This document shows positions 1-6,308 of a DNA stretch of 64,000 nt, piece after piece. The notes below the pieces were generated by a model. That model ran no database searches, was not told the DNA's origin, and saw nothing but the letters and a program-made list of their open reading frames with translations. Each line of letters starts with the position of its first letter. Within the stretch, counting starts at the first letter, position 1. The translations under genes and the position numbers were made by a program. This DNA is from a virus: IMG/VR virus record IMGVR_UViG_3300036851_000218, positions 1-64,000 of that record. One strand, 5' to 3'.

Positions 1-269
1 TCTGTGCAGCGGTTGACGGCGAAGAAAGTGGTTGGATGCCAAGTGCGCCATCGATCAGTATTCCGGTAGCCGACTTTCCTCCTGGTGGCTGTTATTACGT
101 CTATTTAAACGATGGTAACGGACGATGGCTAATCACGGATTTGGATCATCCTGACGGCATTGTATTACAGCCGGATAATAACGGCTGGCTGGAACTGATC
201 GGCTCACCTGGGCAGGATGAAACCCCCGATCATTATGAGCCTGTACGGTTTGATTGCGGGGCGGGTTAG
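1..269 (+). CDS. hypothetical protein, 5'-partial
   Basis: The frame of ORF 36-269 stays open to the window edge and ends in TAG just before a promoter. Confidence 0.55.
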   Translation, partial: CAAVDGEESGWMPSAPSISIPVADFPPGGCYYVYLNDGNGRWLITDLDHPDGIVLQPDNNGWLELIGSPGQDETPDHYEPVRFDCGAG

Positions 270-276
270 CAAATTC

Positions 277-305
277 TTGACACCGTTTCGAAGCTGTGGT
301 ACACT
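277..305 (+). promoter_or_regulatory. sigma70-type promoter of the tRNA/ncRNA island
   Basis: TTGACA-17 nt-TACACT with TGTGn extended -10. Confidence 0.8.
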
Positions 306-324
306 GGTTTTTGTCTCAGGGAAA

Positions 325-395
325 CATTCATTCGTCTAGTGTTCTAAGACTACTCACATAACCGAGTAACACAGGTTTAAATCCTGTATGAGTGA
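325..395 (+). tRNA. tRNA-like element (Glu-type D-arm), aberrant anticodon loop
   Basis: Acceptor CATTCAT/ATGAGTG, D-stem GTCT/AGAC, stem TACTC/GAGTA closing the 8-nt loop ACATAACC, T-arm ACAGG-TTTAAAT-CCTGT. Confidence 0.6.
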
Positions 396-432
396 GAACT
401 GACACCTATTTATTGTTATAGTTTTAACAGTA

Positions 433-493
433 GGAATTTCGCTCTCTGTAACGGCTGCTATGGTTGCGTAATGCTCGTAACAGCGGAATTCCA
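433..493 (+). ncRNA. closed-stem structured RNA candidate
   Basis: GGAATTTCGCT pairs with AGCGGAATTCC (11 bp, one G-U); intergenic, just upstream of tRNA-Glu. Confidence 0.45.
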
Positions 494-501
494 CCTTATA
501 T

Positions 502-597
502 GTCCCTGTCGTCTAGTGGCTCAGGACGACACCCTCTCAAGGTGTAGACGTAGATGTTTTTATATGACATCTTTGAGTTCGAATCTCACCAGGGACA
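502..597 (+). tRNA. tRNA-Glu(CTC) with 23-nt hairpin insertion in T-stem
   Basis: GTCCCTG/CAGGGAC acceptor, GTCT/GGAC D-stem, ACACC-CTCTCAA-GGTGT, variable loop AGAC, GT[insert 552-574]GAG-TTCGAAT-CTCAC; CCA not encoded. Confidence 0.9.
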
Positions 598-599
598 CT

Positions 600-681
600 G
601 TTACAGTCAGTTGAATTGGACTCCTTATGTGTAGGTTTGGGGAAACCGACAAATTTAAACTCAATTCACTGGCTGTAACCA
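600..681 (+). ncRNA. long hairpin RNA between the two tRNA-Glu genes
   Basis: GTTACAGTCAG/CTGGCTGTAAC plus TGAATTG/CAATTCA, internal GGTTT-GGGG-AAACC hairpin; fills the whole spacer. Confidence 0.55.
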
Positions 682-682
682 C

Positions 683-778
683 GCCCTTATCGTCTAGTGG
701 CTCAGGACGCTGCCCTCTCAAGGCAGAAACGTAGATGTTTTTATATGACATCTTTGAGTTCGAATCTCACTAAGGGCA
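683..778 (+). tRNA. tRNA-Glu(CTC) with the same 23-nt T-stem insertion
   Basis: GCCCTTA/TAAGGGC acceptor, CTGCC-CTCTCAA-GGCAG, variable loop AAAC, GT[insert 733-755]GAG-TTCGAAT-CTCAC. Confidence 0.9.
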
Positions 779-883
779 TAGGTGATTAATACTCACCGAA
801 ACAGATTTGTCTCCTGTTGGTTTGGTTGCTTGTTGCGTTCGTGTTTGGTTGTACGTCGTGAGTGTGGACGCTAAACATACTCA

Positions 884-954
884 GCCCCTATCGTCTAGCG
901 GCAGGACGGCTATCCCTCAGATAGCAGACATCGGTTCGAATCCGGTTAGGGGCA
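884..954 (+). tRNA. tRNA-Glu(CTC), no insertion, C33 variant
   Basis: GCCCCTA/TAGGGGC, GCTAT-CCCTCAG-ATAGC, AGAC, ATCGG-TTCGAAT-CCGGT. Confidence 0.85.
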
Positions 955-982
955 TGTTTTCAATCAATCTATGGAGGCCGTT

Positions 983-1081
983 ATGTCTGAGGCATTGGCA
1001 ATTCTGTTTTTTATTGTGGTTGTCGGTACTGTGTTTGTGTTCGTTTTCGACCTGCTTTTTCACGGACTGCGGCAAAAGTAG
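983..1081 (+). CDS. small single-TM protein (32 aa), not in ORF track
   Basis: GGAGG RBS; MSEALAILFFIVVVGTVFVFVFDLLFHGLRQK. Confidence 0.6.
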   Translation: MSEALAILFFIVVVGTVFVFVFDLLFHGLRQK

Positions 1082-1103
1082 TTTTTATAGTGGGGTTAGT
1101 AAC

Positions 1104-1553
1104 ATGCCTTTTTGTGTAGGTTGTGGAAATTCATTCCCGAACCGAGTTGTAATCGACAATAAAGTAAAAGTTCTCGGCAGTAGAAAGTATTGTCTCGACT
1201 GTTCTCCTTACAACCTACATAATACAACCAACCCATTAATATCGGACGAAGAAAGATTGAGAATTAAGCGCGAAAAGTCCGTTATTGCTGTTAAAAAGCG
1301 GCGTAAAAAATTAATGGATATGTCACGGGAATACAAAGGTGGATCGTGCCAATTGTGCGGTTATAACCGCTGCACAAGGGCTTTGGAATTCCATCACATA
1401 GACCCCGAAATTAAGAGTTTTTCAATAAGTGGTGAAGGGCATACTCGTTCTTGGAGCGAAATAAGAAATGAACTTGACAAATGTATTCTGTTATGCTCCA
1501 ACTGCCATCGAGAAGTAGAATCGGGATTAATAGTTTTACAAGACGATATATAG
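1104..1553 (+). CDS. HNH endonuclease
   Basis: CQLCG...LEFHHIDP...LLCSNCH; N-terminal CVGC/CLDC; start re-set to ATG 1104 because the longer ORF overlaps a tRNA. Confidence 0.85.
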   Translation: MPFCVGCGNSFPNRVVIDNKVKVLGSRKYCLDCSPYNLHNTTNPLISDEERLRIKREKSVIAVKKRRKKLMDMSREYKGGSCQLCGYNRCTRALEFHHIDPEIKSFSISGEGHTRSWSEIRNELDKCILLCSNCHREVESGLIVLQDDI

Positions 1554-1559
1554 CCGTAT

Positions 1560-1632
1560 AGGACGATAGTTTAACTGGATAAAATGCTCGTCTCCAAAAC
1601 GAGTGATACAGGTTCAAATCCTGAGCGTCCTG
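1560..1632 (+). tRNA. tRNA-Trp(CCA)
   Basis: CTCGT-CTCCAAA-ACGAG anticodon arm, CAGG-TTCAAAT-CCTG; mismatches at 7-66 and 49-65. Confidence 0.8.
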
Positions 1633-1641
1633 ATAGACAAT

Positions 1642-1670
1642 TTGACAGGATAGCGCAATCAGTGTACAAT
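1642..1670 (+). promoter_or_regulatory. sigma70-type promoter
   Basis: TTGACA-17 nt-TACAAT. Confidence 0.8.
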
Positions 1671-1696
1671 GCTCTTGCGTGAAACTCACTTGGAAT

Positions 1697-1750
1697 GGTG
1701 GGGGTGTGCGGTGCGCCACACTAGGCGTATAAATCCCAGGATACCCCACT
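1697..1750 (+). ncRNA. structured RNA candidate
   Basis: GGTGGGG(G)TGT/ATACCCCACT enclosing GTGCGCC-ACACTA-GGCGTAT. Confidence 0.4.
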
Positions 1751-1767
1751 CTGTTAAATTGTCTTAC

Positions 1768-1839
1768 GGGAGTATAGTTTAATTGGCAGAACACTTGCGC
1801 CTGAGCAAGAGGTTGTAGGTTCGAATCCTACTACACCCA
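1768..1839 (+). tRNA. tRNA-like element with 6-nt anticodon loop (undetermined)
   Basis: GGGAGTA/TACACCC (one mismatch), GTTT/GAAC D-stem, CTTGC-GCCTGA-GCAAG, GTAGG-TTCGAAT-CCTAC. Confidence 0.7.
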
Positions 1840-1841
1840 CT

Positions 1842-1915
1842 AAGAGACGGGTCGGAGATAATGGGTTATCTTATGGCTAGAAACTTCCCATATCAAGAAT
1901 TTACCCGTCTCTTTT
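1842..1915 (+). ncRNA. closed-stem hairpin RNA / terminator-like
   Basis: AAGAGACGGGT/ACCCGTCTCTT perfect 11 bp, inner ATGGG/CCCAT, ends in a short T-run. Confidence 0.45.
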
Positions 1916-1938
1916 CATGTTTAATCTAAGGAGATATT

Positions 1939-2358
1939 ATGTACAAATTAGGGGATAAAGTATTATACGTACCCAAAGATTCAGACGAAAATATTCAGTT
2001 GGTGGGTGAAGTGGTCGGCGTGTTAAAAGACCTGCGATACCCGCTATATTTTCTTAGCAGCGACAAACATCCGTATTCGGCTGACGCGCTAACGCCTTTA
2101 CCACAGCATTATGAGTTTTGGATTGAGTTGGATACCGAAAATGCTGAGTTTACGGTAGATCGTATTGACTCGGTTAATCAGGCGATTCGCAGTCGGGCAG
2201 AATATCTTAATTCGTTCAAGATTGTGGATGTTAAACCCGAAATTGTGGTTTCGGTGTATTGGTCAACGATTCCTGGTTCAATCCCTAAACGCAGCGTAAA
2301 AGAATACCTGCGTGACGTTGTGTTATCTGGTTCACGTATATCTGAGAGGACAAATTGA
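1939..2358 (+). CDS. hypothetical protein
   Basis: AAGGAG RBS, 139 aa. Confidence 0.7.
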   Translation: MYKLGDKVLYVPKDSDENIQLVGEVVGVLKDLRYPLYFLSSDKHPYSADALTPLPQHYEFWIELDTENAEFTVDRIDSVNQAIRSRAEYLNSFKIVDVKPEIVVSVYWSTIPGSIPKRSVKEYLRDVVLSGSRISERTN

Positions 2359-2621
2359 TGGATTATCCTAACACTTTACGTATTTTAACGCATACTGCAA
2401 AAACAGCCTTTCATCCGGCGGTAAGCAGTATTTATTTTGAAGATAATATGGGCGCGGTATGGAAAGTGACAATCGACACCCGCTTCAAACGTGTCCCTGT
2501 TCCTAAACTGCGGAATGTCACTAAGCACATGCCGGATAATTGGCGTGATTTAAGTGCTGATGAAATCGATTTGGTTATAGCGCAGAAGTTTTTAGATAGC
2601 TTGCCTGTGCGGGAGGATTAG
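2355..2621 (+). CDS. hypothetical protein
   Basis: Coupled to upstream gene, 88 aa. Confidence 0.65.
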   Translation: MMDYPNTLRILTHTAKTAFHPAVSSIYFEDNMGAVWKVTIDTRFKRVPVPKLRNVTKHMPDNWRDLSADEIDLVIAQKFLDSLPVRED

Positions 2622-2628
2622 CAATTTC

Positions 2629-2657
2629 TTGACATTTTCCGCAGTCAGTGGTAACAT
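2629..2657 (+). promoter_or_regulatory. sigma70-type promoter
   Basis: TTGACA-17 nt-TAACAT, TGn. Confidence 0.7.
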
Positions 2658-2728
2658 GAAACTGTGACATCAATTCAGCAACTTTGCAAAAAAATTTAAG
2701 CGCCACTACCACCGAAAGGTACATCTAT

Positions 2729-3010
2729 ATGAATCTTCTAAGCCTGTTGGAAAAGCTGCATGACGCAGCCATTAGTGTGTTCGAACCTAATATGGTTAAG
2801 GCGAACCTGAATGACAAAGTTCGTCCCGTCCGCTTTACTGTCACCGTCTGGAATGTTCCGCTGCGAAAACTGCAAGATGAAAAATATGTTGCAGATATAG
2901 AGCGCGAGTTTCGAGACGCAATCAAATCACTTGGTCTGGAAATCGTATCTAAAACTGTCGGTTACGACATGAAAATGATGCGGTTTGATATTGTTCTTAA
3001 GCCTGTTTAG
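2729..3010 (+). CDS. hypothetical protein
   Basis: AAGG RBS before ATG 2729. Confidence 0.65.
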   Translation: MNLLSLLEKLHDAAISVFEPNMVKANLNDKVRPVRFTVTVWNVPLRKLQDEKYVADIEREFRDAIKSLGLEIVSKTVGYDMKMMRFDIVLKPV

Positions 3011-3022
3011 TCGGGTTTTTTT
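2999..3022 (+). terminator. intrinsic terminator candidate
   Basis: AAGCCTG/CGGGTTT stem plus T-tract. Confidence 0.45.
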
Positions 3023-3051
3023 CGTTCCCCAAATCTAAGGAGTATAATCTA

Positions 3052-3270
3052 ATGATCGACGTTCTAAATTTCGTAATCCCCGCCGCATTTATCCTGTGGT
3101 TGCTGCTGAACCTGGAAGTAACCGAAGAACTTGTTTACACGCCGCCTTTTACCGACATCGATTTTGACGACGTGGACTGGCAGGTAGACGCTGCCCAACT
3201 CAGCCTTGACATTTTCTTCGATCAGATGTTTAATATCTATGATCGACCCGCACCTGCCGGAGTGTTCTAA
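3052..3270 (+). CDS. small acidic membrane protein
   Basis: AAGGAG RBS, N-terminal hydrophobic helix. Confidence 0.6.
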   Translation: MIDVLNFVIPAAFILWLLLNLEVTEELVYTPPFTDIDFDDVDWQVDAAQLSLDIFFDQMFNIYDRPAPAGVF

Positions 3271-3271
3271 A

Positions 3272-4054
3272 ATGTCATACTCACAACAAACACGCTGCCT
3301 GTTTTGCCAATCTTCTGATGGTTTGACCCCTATATACGCTTGTGTTTTAAGCAACGGGCGAGATACTAGAGGACTTTTTAATTTGTGTTTGTCCTGTCGA
3401 TCAGCTATGCCAGCAGGCTGTATTAACTTCGGCGTATTAAATCCAGCATGTGTGTGTGAGGACGGCGCAGGTTTCCCTAATCAGGACACTTTCGAATTTT
3501 TCAGCAATGTATTACTTCGGCGCAGTGGTGCATCCAGTGACGTGTTATATGATCTGGCTGAAAGCGCCTGTTCTGTAAAAGGTTTGGCTAAAGCCTTCCG
3601 CATCTATTGCACCTATGATTGGCGTATCATGGTGGATGATAGCGCCCCCTACCTGGGAGACAAACCGATATTCTTACACAATGTTGATTACGAGTGGCTA
3701 GCACAGCTTTACTACGTCAATCGAGAGTTAGAATCCGACCAAGTTCGTGTAATCCTTTTTCATCACGAAACTGCACGTGCTTATGCACTCATCTTCTCTA
3801 CTGAGCCGGACGACAAAGTTCAAGATACGATTAAGTTCTTATTTGAAAACTGGTCACACCCGATCATTGTGTTTGACGAAATATGGACAGTTCCGCCTAA
3901 AGAAGTTGAATCCTATCTGCACGAGTTGTACATCATTAAAAACAAGTTGGACGATATTGGCGGCATTTTCAGGGTGTACGGTAAGTATGACAGCCGTGAA
4001 GTGCGGGTGTTACCCAAGAACCGACGGTTGATGTACGAACGAGAGAGGGTGTAA
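3272..4054 (+). CDS. paralog family A member with N-terminal CxxC pairs
   Basis: CLFC/CLSC; AFRIYCTYDW...NVDYEWLA shared with 4054, 8087, 8695, 9465. Confidence 0.7.
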   Translation: MSYSQQTRCLFCQSSDGLTPIYACVLSNGRDTRGLFNLCLSCRSAMPAGCINFGVLNPACVCEDGAGFPNQDTFEFFSNVLLRRSGASSDVLYDLAESACSVKGLAKAFRIYCTYDWRIMVDDSAPYLGDKPIFLHNVDYEWLAQLYYVNRELESDQVRVILFHHETARAYALIFSTEPDDKVQDTIKFLFENWSHPIIVFDEIWTVPPKEVESYLHELYIIKNKLDDIGGIFRVYGKYDSREVRVLPKNRRLMYERERV

Positions 4055-4893
4055 TGAGTCAAGTAAGTCTGAAACCAAACATTTGTTTTATATGTGGCGG
4101 CTCATATGGTTCAATACTGGGGGAACTAAAACGGGATATTTACTTCCGAGAACCTGTTTTTTATGGCGACAATCGAGCTAATCCACGTGGAACAAAAGTC
4201 TGCAATCGTTGCTTCGATCTGGTAGCGCAGTCATGGACACCGATCAAGCCCGATGAAATTGTTATAACGTTAGACGAGTTTCCTGATTTGAACACCTATT
4301 TTGCGCTGCAATCGTTGCTGCGTAAGACTTTTAATCAACCAAACTTGCCTGAATACGTTGCGAAAGCGCAGCAGGCTACTGACCTGGATGACTTTACCCG
4401 CTATTTGAAAATGCAAATCAGCGACGACTGGCATCACACCTACATGGCTGATAGCCGTATTGATATAAAAAGTGTCAATTGGAAGATGCTGGCAACCTGC
4501 CTCTATCGCATCACAGGCAAGCAGTTATACCCCGATGTGGTTAAATTTTACTTGATGATTTCTCAAGTAAATCGTTACGGTTTCAGTGGTAAGTTAACAG
4601 ACCATCCAATTCTGCGAGTGCTTATCACCACCGATAAAGACCACTACGACAATACTGGCGCACAAATTGTAGCCGTTCTTAACACAGTGGTGCTGGAAGA
4701 AACCGAATTGATGGTTTCCCGTAACGATCTTCTAATCGCGGAACAGCAGTTAACTGCCCTGGTACTTGATGAATACCTAGGCACTTATAACTTACAAGTC
4801 TATACTAAAATCGGATGCCGTAGCTTTTCGAATGTGGAACGGGTGTTCCGCTACCCCGATGAAAGCACCCGTAAGTATGACCCCGATTGGTAG
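4054..4893 (+). CDS. paralog family A member with N-terminal CxxC pairs
   Basis: CFIC/CNRC; LKMQISDDW...SVNWKMLA...KIGCR. Confidence 0.7.
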   Translation: MSQVSLKPNICFICGGSYGSILGELKRDIYFREPVFYGDNRANPRGTKVCNRCFDLVAQSWTPIKPDEIVITLDEFPDLNTYFALQSLLRKTFNQPNLPEYVAKAQQATDLDDFTRYLKMQISDDWHHTYMADSRIDIKSVNWKMLATCLYRITGKQLYPDVVKFYLMISQVNRYGFSGKLTDHPILRVLITTDKDHYDNTGAQIVAVLNTVVLEETELMVSRNDLLIAEQQLTALVLDEYLGTYNLQVYTKIGCRSFSNVERVFRYPDESTRKYDPDW

Positions 4894-4915
4894 TATTAAT
4901 CTATAATAAACCCCC

Positions 4916-4944
4916 TTGACACCGTTTTCGTCCTGTGCTACACT
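4916..4944 (+). promoter_or_regulatory. sigma70-type promoter
   Basis: TTGACA-17 nt-TACACT, TGTGn; spacer resembles that at 277. Confidence 0.8.
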
Positions 4945-4992
4945 GTTGTCAGTTGGTTTCTCGTCAATCAATACTAAGGAGTTTGCTCTACC

Positions 4993-6306
4993 ATGCCATT
5001 AGTTCTCACTGATAAAATTGTTTACAATCAGCGTTTTCAAGTGTCCACCGACCCAAATGCGATCAGCGATTCCGGCGTTAGTGAAGTTGAAAATTATATC
5101 AAGGGTGTCAGCTTACGTAACCCCGACTGGCGTATGCTGCTGCCACCTGATTATGATCCTTACGATTATAAGAAGGATCGTTTGCCCCAACTACCGGATG
5201 ATTGGGAGTGGACGGCAAAATCAGACGGTAAAAAAGTATTATCCGACGGGAATAAATACTCAGGCCGTTTCACCCGCCGCTATTCGCAGTTCGTGTACAA
5301 GACTACCAAAATCTCTGTGCCTGTAGACTGGCTGGAAAAGATGGGTAATATCGTGGCTTCGCATTCAGAAAAGAATGCAGGTTATTCCATCGATTTCACC
5401 AAAGATTTACACTCGTGGAGGGCGGGGGAGTTTGGGGACGGCGGTTCGTGTTTCTGGCAGAGCCGCGCTAGCGCCCGTGATGTCATGAAAAAACATGATT
5501 GCTTCGCTATTCGGTTCTATATGGGTAACGATCCGGTTAACAAAGTATCTTACGAACGAGGGACAGCCCGTGCCTGGGTTGTACCGAATGTACCGGAGCA
5601 AGGTATGCTGACAGTCTTTAATGGTTACGGGTTTGCTGGTGATCCGACCCGTGTTATTGTTCGGGTGTTAGTGCAGCATTTAGAAAACACCCTGAACATG
5701 AAGAATGCAATCCACTACCGCGAAGTCCGACTGCTTAATAACAATTCAGCCGATGGCAATCTGTACATCAACGGTAGCCGCGCCTTTATTGTGGGTGAGG
5801 CCGAAGTCTGCAAGAAATATACCGAAATTGACTTGAAGTGGAAAGATAACGTCCTGTGCCAGTGTTACGAATGCAATGACAGCATCTATGAAGGTGATGA
5901 TTACCACGAACACAACGGGCGTTATTACTGTGACGATTGTTTCCATGACAACTTCTCAAGCTGCCAACACTGCGACACCTACGTGCCTCAAGAGGACATC
6001 AATGAGTTGACTGTCCAAACCGCTGACGGAACGGATACACAATACCTGTGTGACCGATGCTATGACAACGTATCTGTGACGTGTGGACACTGCGGCGACG
6101 TGGTGCATGAAGATGATGCAATTTATCTGGACGGTGAAACTGAATACGTCTGTGAACAGTGTTACGAAGAAGAGACATCCAGTTGCACCAACTGTAATAA
6201 TCTGTTCTATACACACAATCTAACCGAACACGGCGAAGATGAGCATGGCGACACAATTATACATTGTGCCGTATGTGCTGCCGATCTAGTAGAAGAGGCG
6301 GTATAA
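4993..6306 (+). CDS. multi-zinc-finger protein with N-terminal SC-motif (possibly PcfJ-like) domain
   Basis: Eight CxxC pairs at the C-terminus; GDGGSCFW...GTARAWV in the N-terminal domain. Confidence 0.65.
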   Translation: MPLVLTDKIVYNQRFQVSTDPNAISDSGVSEVENYIKGVSLRNPDWRMLLPPDYDPYDYKKDRLPQLPDDWEWTAKSDGKKVLSDGNKYSGRFTRRYSQFVYKTTKISVPVDWLEKMGNIVASHSEKNAGYSIDFTKDLHSWRAGEFGDGGSCFWQSRASARDVMKKHDCFAIRFYMGNDPVNKVSYERGTARAWVVPNVPEQGMLTVFNGYGFAGDPTRVIVRVLVQHLENTLNMKNAIHYREVRLLNNNSADGNLYINGSRAFIVGEAEVCKKYTEIDLKWKDNVLCQCYECNDSIYEGDDYHEHNGRYYCDDCFHDNFSSCQHCDTYVPQEDINELTVQTADGTDTQYLCDRCYDNVSVTCGHCGDVVHEDDAIYLDGETEYVCEQCYEEETSSCTNCNNLFYTHNLTEHGEDEHGDTIIHCAVCAADLVEEAV

Positions 6307-6308
6307 CG

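Noticed and set aside
529-545. TCA (opal suppressor/Sec) reading of the CTCTCAA loop with a long extra arm
   Set aside because: In the 7-nt loop the central triplet is CTC, the D-arm is Glu-type, and ORFs terminate normally at TGA.
552-574. Archaeal BHB intron or group I intron
   Set aside because: No 4-bp central helix with two 3-nt bulges can be drawn, and it is far too short for a group I intron.
502-954. CRISPR-like repeat-spacer pattern
   Set aside because: The repeats are tRNA paralogs; there is no regular array and no cas gene.
560-1794. ORFs 560-751, 1411-1794 and the N-terminal extension 807-1103
   Set aside because: They overlap tRNA genes and the HNH gene and lack an RBS; treated as spurious.
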